From: a plasmid
Length of the DNA stretch: 64,000 nucleotides
Sequence record: NZ_CP085281.1
Direction: 5' to 3' (one strand)
Part shown: positions 28,483 through 38,344 of the stretch, piece after piece
Position numbering within the stretch: the first letter of the stretch is position 1
Layout of the letters: each line of letters begins with the position of its first letter
Notes under the pieces: model-generated
Told to the model about the DNA's origin: nothing
The model's input: the letters and a program-made list of their open reading frames with translations, nothing else
Databases searched by the model: none
Program-made: the position numbers and the translations under genes

Positions 28483-29877
28483 CTACCGCACCGAGGTGCG
28501 GTGCAGCCGCGGATGGGTGGGATCGTCGTTGTCGATCACGAAGTCTGCGCTCTGGAGCGGGTTGATCTCGTCGATGTACATGTGCGATGCCGCGTGATAG
28601 CGCTGGGCGTATCGCTGCTCGGCCGCCGCATGTCCACCGAATTGTGCTGCGTCACGGTTGATTCCCCGTCGCAAGGCTTCATCGAAGCTGGTGTTGACGA
28701 CGACCACGACATCCCAACTGCTGCGATGGTGACGTTGCATGAAGCTGCCATCGGCGATCAGGATGCTCTCCGGAGCGGCGCGCTCGGGGGGTTCGTCGAT
28801 GACGGTGTCCGAGGCGAGGTCGATGACGCGGCGGCTGAACAGGCGATCGCCGCCGGGGCTGAGGGGCTGCAGGACGCGCTCATTGAGTGCTTCGAAGTCG
28901 TAGGCGTCGTCGTAGTAGCCCCGGGCGGAGTCTTTGCCCTGGCGGTAGCGGTGCTCACGGCGGTGGTGGAAATCGTCCATCCGGATCCGGACTACCGGGT
29001 GGCCTCGCTCGGCGATCGCCTCGGCCAGCTCGTCGGCGAGGGTCGTCTTGCCTGAGGCGGTGATGCCGTCGATGGCCACCCGCAGCGGGTGCGCGGATTG
29101 CCGTTCGATCAGCAATCCGGCCAAGCTGCGCAGCACGTCGGCGCGTGCCGCGCGGTCGTCACTGGTGGCGGCGTAGAGCAGCGAGTCCCGCCAGGTCCCG
29201 CGTTTGAGGCGATGGCTGCGCATGCGGCCTTCGAAGAGCAGGCCTGCCTTCTGCAGCACCTTCGCCGAACCGTGGTTGTCGGGATCGCATGTGGCGCTGA
29301 TTCTGCGGAGGCCCAGGTGGTCGAACCCGAACCGCAAGAGAAGGCGCGCGGCTTCGGTGGCGATCCCTCTTCCCCAGAACTCTGGATGGACGATGTAGCC
29401 GATCTCGGCTCGCCGGTGCTCGGCGCTGGTCACCGACAGCACGGCGCCGCCGACGAGCGTCTTCGATGCGATGTCGACGATCGCGAGGTCGAAGACGGTG
29501 CGAGGAGTTCGGCCCGCTTGCTCGGCCGCGCGCCGCAGGAAGCTGCGGGTGTCCTCGATGCTGTTGGGTCCCCATTCCAGGAATCGGGTGACCACGGGGT
29601 CGCAGGCGTAGGACTGCACGCCGTCCAGGTCGGCATCGTCGAACTCGCGCAGGATCAGGGTGTCGCCGACCAGTTCGGTTCCGGCATCGCTCGTATGACC
29701 ATGCGTACCCGGCACGGGCTTGCCGTCCGGGCTCTCTATGGGCGGCGGACGGTGGGCACCCGGTGACCCTGCAAGCGCTCCTTGGCGACGTCGGCCTTCT
29801 TGCTGTCCTGCAGGATCAGCCGGACTAGTTGAGCGCGAGCGTCGGCGTTGAAGGGGTCGTCGTGCAGTTCGTCGCAC
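28483..29877 (-). CDS. GNAT N-acetyltransferase fused to a P-loop nucleoside/nucleotide-kinase-like domain
   Basis: The N-terminal part is RimJ/RimL-like GNAT (EIGYIVHPEFWGRGIATEAARLLLRFGFDHLGLRRISATCDPDNHGSAKVLQKAGLLFEG). The C-terminal part has Walker A (AIDGITASGKTTLADE). The start is probably internal; the first ~55 aa are Arg-rich. Confidence 0.6.
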   Translation of the reverse strand: MRRTARRPLQRRRSRSTSPADPAGQQEGRRRQGALAGSPGAHRPPPIESPDGKPVPGTHGHTSDAGTELVGDTLILREFDDADLDGVQSYACDPVVTRFLEWGPNSIEDTRSFLRRAAEQAGRTPRTVFDLAIVDIASKTLVGGAVLSVTSAEHRRAEIGYIVHPEFWGRGIATEAARLLLRFGFDHLGLRRISATCDPDNHGSAKVLQKAGLLFEGRMRSHRLKRGTWRDSLLYAATSDDRAARADVLRSLAGLLIERQSAHPLRVAIDGITASGKTTLADELAEAIAERGHPVVRIRMDDFHHRREHRYRQGKDSARGYYDDAYDFEALNERVLQPLSPGGDRLFSRRVIDLASDTVIDEPPERAAPESILIADGSFMQRHHRSSWDVVVVVNTSFDEALRRGINRDAAQFGGHAAAEQRYAQRYHAASHMYIDEINPLQSADFVIDNDDPTHPRLHRTSVR

Positions 29878-30035
29878 GCGATCTTCAACTCGCGGGAGTA
29901 GCTCCGGACCAGGGCGAGGTCAGAGTCGGCCGTGGGGAGGGGAATGCACGTCCCGATTGTCCTGAGGTCGCGGTGCGATGCTGCTGTCAGTGATGGGTGC
30001 GGCGACTTACTGACCATGACGTCGTTTATAGCCAT
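29736..30035 (-). CDS. small acidic protein with IACDELHDDP motif, a paralog of 55893-56147
   Basis: Its KIACDELHDDPFNADARAQLVRLIL aligns with RIACDELHDDPTDVDARWTLLALL of the paralog 55893-56147. Confidence 0.3.
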   Translation of the reverse strand: MAINDVMVSKSPHPSLTAASHRDLRTIGTCIPLPTADSDLALVRSYSRELKIACDELHDDPFNADARAQLVRLILQDSKKADVAKERLQGHRVPTVRRP

Positions 30036-30120
30036 AAATTTTCGACGGTGCAATGTGTACCCATGTAAATATGGCAGGCTGATTACGTGCTTGACGCCCG
30101 TCCAATCTCGCCCGGCAGAC
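30000..30120. promoter_or_regulatory. AT-rich divergent intergenic region with a near-palindrome CCATGTAAATATGG (30061-30074)
   Basis: Local AT enrichment in a ~67% GC background, between divergent genes. A TTGACG hexamer sits at 30091. Confidence 0.25.
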
Positions 30121-30214
30121 CCCGATGCAGTCCTTCTACCTGCAACGATAGCGGAACAGGACCCTGTAGTAACATCAGTACACGACCGGGCCCGACACGT
30201 GAAACGAGAGTACT

Positions 30215-30670
30215 TTGAGCGAATCGACGCCCGACACCGCACAACCCTCCGAGCTGTCGATCAAGCTCAACAAGCTCTTCGAAACCATGCGCAAACCCTC
30301 GCAGCCACCGCTGTCCAACGCCGCGGCCGCCGAGGCCATCACCCGCAAAACCGGCGTGTCCATCAGCGCGGCCTACCTCTGGCAGCTACGCCAGGGCATG
30401 AAGAACAACCCCACCGTCGCCCACCTGCGCGCGATCGCCGAATTCTTCGGCGTCACCCCCTCCTACCTGATCGACCCCGGTATCGACCCCAAGATCGACG
30501 AGCAGCTCAACCTGCTGGCTGCCCTGCGCGACGCCGGCGTGCGCGACCTCGCGATGCGGGCCAGCGGCCTCACCCCCCAAGCCATCAGCAGCCTGCGCGC
30601 TATGGTCGATCATGCGCGGCAACTCGAGCAATTGCCGCCTGTGGACGTGGCCGGGGGCAGGGAGCCGTAA
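30215..30670 (+). CDS. XRE-family HTH transcriptional regulator
   Basis: HTH_3-like AAEAITRKTGVSISAAYLWQLRQG. A TTG or internal ATG start. Confidence 0.65.
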   Translation: MSESTPDTAQPSELSIKLNKLFETMRKPSQPPLSNAAAAEAITRKTGVSISAAYLWQLRQGMKNNPTVAHLRAIAEFFGVTPSYLIDPGIDPKIDEQLNLLAALRDAGVRDLAMRASGLTPQAISSLRAMVDHARQLEQLPPVDVAGGREP

Positions 30671-31171
30671 ATGGCGATCTCGAATGAAGACATGCTCGCG
30701 ATGGCTCGCGAGCTGCCCATTCCTGTCCCCTGGGACAGGGACCTGTTCATCCAGAACATCGCCGAGATGCGCGGCCGCCCCATCACCCTGATCCCCACCG
30801 AGACCGCCGCCCTGGCCGACAGCCCCTGCGGCCTGTGGCTCACCCGCGACGACGACGACCTGATCCTGCATGAAATCGGCACCTCCGAGTACCACATCGA
30901 CCAGATCGTCTGCCACGAGATCGGCCACATGGTGCTCGGCCATGGACGCACCCGCGCCTTCGGCGCCGACCGCGACCGCGAGATTGAGATGTGCCGCCTG
31001 GTCATGCCCGACATCGACCCCGCAGCGGTCAACGCCGTCCTAGGCCGCACCGACTTCGCCAGCGACCAGGAACGCGACGCCGAGATGTTCGCCAGCATCC
31101 TGATGATCGCGGCCGCCGAACGTGCCGACCACCAGTCGATGATGCGCAGCGTGTTCTTCCGGTCGAGGTGA
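30671..31171 (+). CDS. ImmA/IrrE-family (DUF955) zinc metallopeptidase
   Basis: HEIGHMVLGH is an HExxH motif. Begins 1 nt after the xre stop. Confidence 0.7.
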   Translation: MAISNEDMLAMARELPIPVPWDRDLFIQNIAEMRGRPITLIPTETAALADSPCGLWLTRDDDDLILHEIGTSEYHIDQIVCHEIGHMVLGHGRTRAFGADRDREIEMCRLVMPDIDPAAVNAVLGRTDFASDQERDAEMFASILMIAAAERADHQSMMRSVFFRSR

Positions 31172-32361
31172 CCACCTCAGTCCCGGCCTACCTCACCTGG
31201 CCGCTACTGGTCTTCATGGTCATCGTCGTCGCCACCCGCTACCTGTTCTTCAACAGCAGCGCCTACGAGACCTACCTCAACCACACCCTCGCGCTCATGG
31301 TGGCCTCCAACCTGCTGCGCGAACACGCCATCGAAACCGCCCTCGCCGACCGCGGCATCCTGTCGATCACTGCCGCCCAACAGCTTTCACTGGCAGTCAT
31401 GATCTTCGCCGCCGCCGAGTTCCTGGGCTTCGTCACCCTCTGGTCGGCCCTGTCGCCGGAACACACGCGCCGGCGACACCGCTACCACCGCGCGGCCGCC
31501 GCCGCACTGGCCGTCGGATTCCTGCTGGCCGCCACTCCCGCCCGCCGCGCCGGCCAAACCCTCGAAGAGTTCGGCGGTTGGTCCAGCGTCCTGGCCTGGG
31601 CCCTGCTGACGAGCATCTTCATCGCCCTGGCCTACCGGCTGCTGCGCATGGCGATCAACGAACTGCTGCGACCCGACGCCAAACCCCGCGAACGCCTCCT
31701 GGCCGCCGGCGGCTTCGTCATCGGCATCGCCGTCGGCAGCACCAGCATCGACGCCGTCATCCTCTCCGCCCTCCAACAACTCGGCTGGCTCGACACCGTC
31801 GCCTTCCGCCTGAACCTGCACGGCTCCAACATCTTCTGGGAAACCGTCGGCGTCAGCATCATCGCCGCCGTCCCGGCCGCCAAGGCCCTCACCGCACGCA
31901 TCGGCCTCGACGCCACCAGCCGACACTGGCGCCAGCTGCAACCCCTACGCGCCGCCATGACCGACGCCGTTCCGGCCAGCGCATTCGAACTGCGCCACCC
32001 CAACACCCGCCGCCAGAAGACCCCGCTGGACCTGCACCAAACCACCGTCCAGATCCGCGACGCGATCCTCCAACTACGCGGCTACTTCCACGACGTCGCA
32101 CCCAACCAGGCCGCCCTGTTCGTGCAGCGCTACTCGATCCCCGCCAGCCAGCGCGACACCGCCCTTGCCGCCTTACAACTGGCCAACGCCGTCCACACCA
32201 AAGCCGCCGGCGCCACACCTACACCGGTCGACAGCACGGTCATCCTGCAGTCCCGATCGACCAACCTCGAACAGGAAACCGCCGAACTGCTACGCCTGGC
32301 CCGATGGTGGCCCCACGCCCTCCAAGACGCCCACCCCAGCACCAACGAGATGAGCGAATAA
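31168..32361 (+). CDS. polytopic membrane protein
   Basis: Several hydrophobic helices. The GTG start overlaps the ImmA-like stop (GGTGA). The upstream part of the 456-aa ORF is rejected. Confidence 0.5.
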   Translation: MTTSVPAYLTWPLLVFMVIVVATRYLFFNSSAYETYLNHTLALMVASNLLREHAIETALADRGILSITAAQQLSLAVMIFAAAEFLGFVTLWSALSPEHTRRRHRYHRAAAAALAVGFLLAATPARRAGQTLEEFGGWSSVLAWALLTSIFIALAYRLLRMAINELLRPDAKPRERLLAAGGFVIGIAVGSTSIDAVILSALQQLGWLDTVAFRLNLHGSNIFWETVGVSIIAAVPAAKALTARIGLDATSRHWRQLQPLRAAMTDAVPASAFELRHPNTRRQKTPLDLHQTTVQIRDAILQLRGYFHDVAPNQAALFVQRYSIPASQRDTALAALQLANAVHTKAAGATPTPVDSTVILQSRSTNLEQETAELLRLARWWPHALQDAHPSTNEMSE

Positions 32362-32363
32362 CC

Positions 32364-33767
32364 ATGCCCACCAACACTTCCACCGCACTACCGCACCCCC
32401 GCTGGCGCCTGCCTATCGTCGGCGACCTGCTCACCATCGACCTCGCCAAACCCTGCCAAGGGCTAGCCAAGGACAACGTCGCCCGCGGCGGCATCGTCGA
32501 ACAACGCATCTTCAACGTCCCGGTCATCGTCTTGTCCGACGCCGGCCTCATCGACGACGTCAACAACGAAGCCGCCTGGGAAAAGCACGTCGGCCACTCC
32601 CTGCGCAAACTGCGCCCCGTAGCCGGGGACGGCCTGTTCACCGCCTACAACCACGAACCCAACTGGAGCAAGGCCCACAACATCCTCATGCCCGCCTTCA
32701 CCAAGGCGGCCATGGAGTCCTACCACCCCACCATGACCGCCACCGTGCGCGAACTCACCGACACCTGGACCACCCGCGCCGCCGACAACTCCTGGATCGA
32801 CATCCCCGCCGAGGCCAATCGACTCACCACCGAGATCGTCGCCCGCGCCGGCATCGGCCACTCCTTCAACAAGCTCGACGACACCAGCGAAGACCCCTTC
32901 ATCACCACCGTCCTGCGCGAGCTCAAATACGCCAACCGCCGCACCGACGCGATCCCGTTCTACGAGAAGTTCTTCGGGCAGGCCCAGCGCCGCCAACACC
33001 AGCAGGACAAGGTCTGGCTGCGCGAGCAGGTCGCCTCCATCATCAACGACCGCCGCAACGCCGGCCCTCACACCGGTCCCCGCGACATGCTCGACTACAT
33101 GCTCAACAGCGCCGACCCCGACAGCGGTGAGCACCTCGACGACGCCAACATCACCAACCAGATCCTCACCCTGCTCGTCGCCGGCAGCGAAACCTCAGCC
33201 AACGCCATCGGATTCGCCCTGCACTTCCTCGCCCACCACCCCGACGTCGCCGCGGCCGCCCGCGCCGAGATCGACCAACGTTGGCCCGGCCGCGACTTCC
33301 CCGACATCGCCTTCGACGACGTCGCCCGTCTGCGCTACCTACGCCGCGTCGTTGACGAGACACTGCGCCTGTGGCCCGTGGCGCCCGGCTACTTCCGCCA
33401 AGCCAAGACCGACACCACCATCGGCGACGGCAAGTACCACTTCGCTACCGGCGACTGGGTTTTCGTCCTCCTCCTGGCCGCCCACCGCGACCCCAACACC
33501 TGGGGCCCCGACGCCGACCAGTTCCGCCCCGACCGCTTCCTGCCCGAGAACCTGCGCAGCCTGCCCCGCTACGTCTACAAGCCGTTCGGCACGGGTGCCC
33601 GCGCCTGCATCGGCCGCCAGTTCGCACTCCACGAAATCATGCTCACCCTGGCCGCCGTCCTGCACCAGTTCGACCTGCAACCCGAACCCGGCTACACCCT
33701 GAAGGTCTCTGAAACCCTCACACTCAAACCCGACGCACTGCGCCTACGGCTACAACCGCGCCGATAG
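32364..33767 (+). CDS. cytochrome P450, CYP102 (BM3 heme-domain)-like, stand-alone
   Basis: Heme loop FGTGARACIGRQFA and the ExxR region (VVDETLRLWP). AGDGLFTAYNHEPNWSKAHNILMPAF parallels BM3 [26 protein letters not shown]. Confidence 0.85.
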   Translation: MPTNTSTALPHPRWRLPIVGDLLTIDLAKPCQGLAKDNVARGGIVEQRIFNVPVIVLSDAGLIDDVNNEAAWEKHVGHSLRKLRPVAGDGLFTAYNHEPNWSKAHNILMPAFTKAAMESYHPTMTATVRELTDTWTTRAADNSWIDIPAEANRLTTEIVARAGIGHSFNKLDDTSEDPFITTVLRELKYANRRTDAIPFYEKFFGQAQRRQHQQDKVWLREQVASIINDRRNAGPHTGPRDMLDYMLNSADPDSGEHLDDANITNQILTLLVAGSETSANAIGFALHFLAHHPDVAAAARAEIDQRWPGRDFPDIAFDDVARLRYLRRVVDETLRLWPVAPGYFRQAKTDTTIGDGKYHFATGDWVFVLLLAAHRDPNTWGPDADQFRPDRFLPENLRSLPRYVYKPFGTGARACIGRQFALHEIMLTLAAVLHQFDLQPEPGYTLKVSETLTLKPDALRLRLQPRR

Positions 33768-33790
33768 CCTCAGTACTCGCGCACCAAGTC

Positions 33791-34108
33791 ATGACGACAG
33801 CCCGCTCCTCGCCGTGGCTCGACGCTCGCGCCAATCTGCTCATCACGCTGCTCGCCGAGCGCCACGGCCTGACCGTCAGCCTCGACATCGCGCGCCAGGA
33901 CATCTCCGATGACCTCGACCACGTCGCCCGACTGATGCGCATCGGCCGCCAGGCCGCCAAGGTGTACATCACCGACGACACGATCAGCGCGATGGCCGAC
34001 CGTATCGCCGCGGCCGTAGCCGAGCACCGCGCAACAGCCTCGGCTCCCCAGCCGGAGTCCGGACCTGTCGTCGACCTCGACACGGAACGACGCCGGCGCC
34101 GAAGCTGA
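33791..34108 (+). CDS. hypothetical protein
   Basis: ORF only. Confidence 0.3.
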   Translation: MTTARSSPWLDARANLLITLLAERHGLTVSLDIARQDISDDLDHVARLMRIGRQAAKVYITDDTISAMADRIAAAVAEHRATASAPQPESGPVVDLDTERRRRRS

Positions 34109-34348
34109 CCCCCACTCATCACGGATGGGTGACGACGGGCATACAAAGATCGACCTCCTGCTGATGCGACTCCCGAAACCATTGCCTCACAGCGATATTC
34201 CGCCGCAGTCATCCCGGGTCGGAGCCACCCTCGGGGACAGCAACCGTGAACACGCCGTCGGTGGGTAGATCGTCGCGATCTAACACGAAGAGGTCGCAGG
34301 AGCAGCCCTCGCCAGCCCACATGGGGCACAGCTCGGCCCGGCACTGAC

Positions 34349-34825
34349 TCATTGCCGTGCACCGGCCGGCACTGGACAGGCCGTGCAGATTCCGGTGTTG
34401 TCGTCGAAGGTGACCGTCCACGCACACGGCCCGCAAAGCGTGTCGCAGGCGGCGTACTCGGTGCACCCACAGCCGCGGCAGATCCGCGGATACCGCCACT
34501 CGATCCGTGTCACGTCGTCGTCCGCAGTAACGCCCTTGTGGGTGCCGCAGAAGAACTTTACGAATTCGGCCACGGTCATCTCGGGGAAGCCTTCGGCCGC
34601 GACGTCGGCGGCCGTGATGGCGTCCAGACGTTCGCGCGTCACCGAGACGACGTCGACTGTGACGATCCGCTCTAACTCCTCGCCTGGGCGTCGGCCACGC
34701 ACCTTCGGGCACAGCGTGAGTTGGTCTCCTGGCCTCAGCATGCGCCAGCCCGCGCGCCGGGTCACCGTCTTGGTCCGATCGCGCACCAGGTGCGCGGTGT
34801 GCGCAACCTCCATCAGCCGAGCCAT
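34349..34825 (-). CDS. ASCH-like domain protein with a C-terminal Cys cluster
   Basis: DRTKTVTRRAGWRMLRPGDQLTL, then CRGCGCTEYAACDTLCGPC. Confidence 0.35.
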   Translation of the reverse strand: MARLMEVAHTAHLVRDRTKTVTRRAGWRMLRPGDQLTLCPKVRGRRPGEELERIVTVDVVSVTRERLDAITAADVAAEGFPEMTVAEFVKFFCGTHKGVTADDDVTRIEWRYPRICRGCGCTEYAACDTLCGPCAWTVTFDDNTGICTACPVPAGARQ

Positions 34826-34928
34826 CAGTTCGGCCCGTCCTTGTCGGCGGCGGCGCGGATGTCGGCCTTGGTGACACCGGGGAGAGGACCGTTGCCTTTT
34901 GGTGAGTGAACGTGAGTTCTGCTCATCG

Positions 34929-36386
34929 TTAGGCAGCCTCGCCTTGCGGTGAGGCGGTCCCCGTCTGACCCACCGGCTGGTGGTGCGGGGTTGACGTTTC
35001 ATCGCCTGCTGCGTTGCCCGCTAGCGCGGGTTCGGTCTCACGCGTGGCTCCACGTCCTGCCACCGGGCCACTCCCGGCGGGACTCTGTTCACCCAGTGTG
35101 GGTACGCCGAGTCGGGCGAGGTTGATCGCAGCACCCAGATCACGATCGATCCGTGTGCCGCAGCCGTCACAGTCGAAGACTCGATCGGCGAGGGTGAGGT
35201 TTGGCTTTCGCCTCCCACACGCCGTGCACGTCTTCGACGACGGAAAATATCGGTCGGCCTCCACCAAATGGCTGCCATACCAACGTGTCTTGTAGCCGAG
35301 CATCCGCCGGATCTCGGCCAGCGCGGCATCAGCCAACGCCCGGTTGAGTCCTCGTTTGCGTGCTCCACCCTTGGCGCGCATCCCGGCGGCGTTCAACGTT
35401 TCGACCACGATCACCTGGTGTTGCTGGGCCAGGGCGGTAGTGGCCTTGCGCAGCACGTCGCGGCGCACCGCCGCGGCATGGGCATGGGTGCGACCGATCC
35501 GCGCTTGGGTGGCCCGCCACCGCTTCGACGGAATCTGCTTGGTCTTGGTGGCCGGATCGTAGGGTCCGTGCTGACGCGCGGACCGGCGTTGCAGGGCCCG
35601 CAACCGCGATTGCGCGGCGGTCAGCGACTTCGGCGCGCGGATGCGGTCGACCTCGACACCGTCGGGGGCCGCGACGACGAGCAGACTGTCGGCCTTGACG
35701 CCGACGTCGACGCCGACCACCGCATGTGCCGACCGGCGTGCGTGGGCGGGCCGCGCCTTGGCTGCGACGAGGGTCTGCAGGGCGCAGTGCCACCGCCCGG
35801 CGCTGTCCTGGCGCACGGTGGCCGACAGAATCCTCGCGGCGCCCGTCTCGATGCGGCGCGCCAGTTTGCGGGTCGACTCATGGGTACGAATCGTCCCCAG
35901 CCGGGGCAGGGTGACGTGGCGGCGATCGGGCTCGATGCGGATGGTCCCGGTGGTGAACCGCACGGCCTTGGGGGCGCGTGCGGACTTGAACCGGGGGAAC
36001 CCAACCGGCCGGCCGGCGCGCTGGCCGCGCCGCGACGCCGACCACGCATCCAACGCGCGGGCCAACCCGTCCAGGCCGGTGTTGTAGGCCTCTTTGGAGT
36101 TCTCGGCCCACCACGGCGCGCAGTCGACCTTGCGCTGATTCCAGGTCTTGCGCAGCGCCGGTAACGACCACCGCAGCGCCGGGGTCAACTGGTTCTCGGG
36201 GATGCCGTAGCTGCGTTCGGCAGCTCGTTGATCCACCACGGCCTTCACCAACGCCAGCATGTGGTTGTGCGCAAACCGCGCCGCACCCGCATGCGACGCC
36301 AACGCCCGCAGTTGTGCCGGTGTGGGCTCCAGGGCGAAGCGGTACGCCTGCACGGTCCACCCGTCGGGTACCTCGAACCTAGCCAC
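34929..36386 (-). CDS. tnpB: IS607/IS605-family TnpB (OrfB, RuvC-like plus zinc finger)
   Basis: C-terminal CTACGRRKPNLTLADRVFDCDGCG zinc finger with RuvC-like motifs. The GTG start overlaps the tnpA stop. Confidence 0.8.
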   Translation of the reverse strand: MARFEVPDGWTVQAYRFALEPTPAQLRALASHAGAARFAHNHMLALVKAVVDQRAAERSYGIPENQLTPALRWSLPALRKTWNQRKVDCAPWWAENSKEAYNTGLDGLARALDAWSASRRGQRAGRPVGFPRFKSARAPKAVRFTTGTIRIEPDRRHVTLPRLGTIRTHESTRKLARRIETGAARILSATVRQDSAGRWHCALQTLVAAKARPAHARRSAHAVVGVDVGVKADSLLVVAAPDGVEVDRIRAPKSLTAAQSRLRALQRRSARQHGPYDPATKTKQIPSKRWRATQARIGRTHAHAAAVRRDVLRKATTALAQQHQVIVVETLNAAGMRAKGGARKRGLNRALADAALAEIRRMLGYKTRWYGSHLVEADRYFPSSKTCTACGRRKPNLTLADRVFDCDGCGTRIDRDLGAAINLARLGVPTLGEQSPAGSGPVAGRGATRETEPALAGNAAGDETSTPHHQPVGQTGTASPQGEAA

Positions 36387-36984
36387 CGCCGACCACCTCG
36401 GTCTGCTTGGCGGCGGTGATCGCGCGCATCGCCCGGTTGCGCGCCCCACGGCGGCCATACAGGCGCGCGCACATCGAGGTCAGCACCTCGATCATGTCGC
36501 GCACCAGATCATCGGTGGTCTCACCGCGATCGGCAACGATGATCGTCCGGCCATGCGCGGACAATGCGGCTTCAAGGTGCTCGACACCGAAGCGCGCCAA
36601 CCGGTCTCGATGCTCCACGACCACCACCGAAGCAGACGGATCCGACAAAATCCGGCGCAACTTCGGCCGTTTCCCGTTCAGCCCCGACCCGACCTCGGTC
36701 ACCACCTCGCCGATCACGTGGCCGTTGGCGGTAGCCCACTGCGTCAACCGCGCCACTTGCCGGTCCAGATCGCCCCGTTGATCATGCGAGGACACCCGCG
36801 CGTAGACGACCGTGCGACCGGTCGCCGCGCACGCTGCCGAATCGACCCAGATCGTTCCCGACGCCAACCGGCGCGCGGGTACCGGCATCCGGTCCTCGCG
36901 GAACCACCTGTAGGCGGTCTGCGGATGCACACCATTCGCGCGCGCCCACTCAGCCAACTTCACACCACTCACTAAAACACACAT
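36379..36984 (-). CDS. tnpA: IS607-family TnpA (MerR-like HTH plus serine recombinase)
   Basis: VVYARVSSHDQ catalytic serine region and resolvase fold. Confidence 0.75.
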   Translation of the reverse strand: MCVLVSGVKLAEWARANGVHPQTAYRWFREDRMPVPARRLASGTIWVDSAACAATGRTVVYARVSSHDQRGDLDRQVARLTQWATANGHVIGEVVTEVGSGLNGKRPKLRRILSDPSASVVVVEHRDRLARFGVEHLEAALSAHGRTIIVADRGETTDDLVRDMIEVLTSMCARLYGRRGARNRAMRAITAAKQTEVVGGG

Positions 36985-37172
36985 TCGATCACAAATGTGC
37001 ACACACAGCCGAGCAGTTCACGACCCCTTCTCGTTCACCGCTGCCTTCAATTGTCGTGCCCTTTCGGCGGCATACAGGCGGGCGCCGCCGGACCTTGTGG
37101 GGCTATGTCATCGGCCCAGGTGTGGGACGCAGCGCTGAGCCGGCTAGGGAGACACTCAGGTGGCAGCCAATG

Positions 37173-38288
37173 TCAGCCGCTGTCGGCAGTGGGTCGGGGA
37201 AGCCGCACCTTGTCCCGCACGACGAGGGGTGCATCCTCGGGTCCGGCAATGTGGTCGGTGATCCAGATGGGTTTGTGCCGCTGGAGCGTCGGATACCACT
37301 GGCGACGCCAGTGACCGCGCACTATCCAGCGGTGGTTGTACGACCGGGATAGGGGCACCGCTGAGGCAGCTTGGCTGCGGCGGTAATACGACAGGTAGGT
37401 GACGGTCTCCCTGCGGTTGCGCCGATGCCCGTGCTGGTTCGGCGGGCCTGGCACGCGATGTACCTGATCGGTGGCGTCGATGAGGCGCTCCTGCTGAATC
37501 ATGTGCGCAAGGGACAGCAGGTACGTCAGCGCCGTAGCCGGGTCGCGGGGATCAGCGATGGAGGTACTTCGGTACACACCGTCGTCTAATCGTGGCGGGT
37601 TGTCCGTGCCGGGTTCGGACATCTGCGCCCGCGTGAAGGCCAAGCACGGCATTCGATCTGGGCCCCATGCCTTCTTGGGCTTGGGCGCAAGCCATAGCTG
37701 CATATCCGCCGACTCGGTCAGCGAGGCTTCGATACTGCCACTGTCGGTCACGGCCCACAGGAGAATGCGCACATGCCCTGGCTGCCACAGGTATGCGATC
37801 CCGGTCGGTGAGGGCAGTTCGTCCGGAGTTGCCGACATGGTGAGAAGCTCCGGCGCGGCGCCGGCGGCCACCAGCGCCGAAACCTCTTCGGTGCAGAAAT
37901 AGGCGAACCTGTCTTGCGTAGCAGCCTTCGTCAGCTGCATGTAATTCCAGACCGGCACGGTGCGTTGAACCCAGTCCTCGAAGAGGACGCCATCGGCCAA
38001 GTAGCTCGACCTCATGTGCCCGATAAGCTCCGGCAAAGTCAGCCCTGTTTCCTCCATGTAGCGCAGCAGCTGTGGCCCGGGCGGAAACCCCGCAGCCGCT
38101 GCTTCGACTTGCTCCTCCACCAACGCCATCCAGCTGCCGTCAACACGGACGCTGACTGCTCGCTCCTGAAGCGCATCCAGCAGAACAGGCAGCTGTCCCG
38201 GCGACATGCGCGGGATCAACATGGAAGCTCGCCGTAGCAGTGCAGTGTCGATCCCCTTGCGCCCCTTGGAGTTAGTCACCGCACCCAC
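37173..38288 (-). CDS. conserved hypothetical protein, paralog 1 (C-terminal HRW-VRGHWRRQWYP motif)
   Basis: Shares FCTEE..ALV, LPSP.G.A.L, TYLSY and SYNHRWIVRGHWRRQWYPTLQRHKPIWITDHIAGP with 40116-41252. Confidence 0.45.
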   Translation of the reverse strand: MGAVTNSKGRKGIDTALLRRASMLIPRMSPGQLPVLLDALQERAVSVRVDGSWMALVEEQVEAAAAGFPPGPQLLRYMEETGLTLPELIGHMRSSYLADGVLFEDWVQRTVPVWNYMQLTKAATQDRFAYFCTEEVSALVAAGAAPELLTMSATPDELPSPTGIAYLWQPGHVRILLWAVTDSGSIEASLTESADMQLWLAPKPKKAWGPDRMPCLAFTRAQMSEPGTDNPPRLDDGVYRSTSIADPRDPATALTYLLSLAHMIQQERLIDATDQVHRVPGPPNQHGHRRNRRETVTYLSYYRRSQAASAVPLSRSYNHRWIVRGHWRRQWYPTLQRHKPIWITDHIAGPEDAPLVVRDKVRLPRPTADSG

Positions 38289-38344
38289 CGAGGCGCTCCG
38301 CAGTCATCCAACTTCCCCAGTGCCGCGAGCTATCGTGTTTTCGG

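Larger units (their letters stand above)
34900..37010. mobile_element. IS607-family insertion sequence (approximate bounds)
   Basis: Serine-recombinase tnpA overlapping tnpB in the typical arrangement. The ends are not determined. Confidence 0.5.

Noticed and set aside
30991-32361. 456-aa ORF as one gene
   Set aside because: The N-terminal 60 aa overlap the ImmA-like gene out of frame and are Arg-rich. The hydrophobic protein starts at a GTG overlapping the immA stop.
31578-33767. 729-aa plus-strand ORF spanning the P450
   Set aside because: The N-terminal 260 aa are extreme Arg/Pro low complexity overlapping the membrane gene. A true P450 start with a conserved N-terminus lies at 32364.
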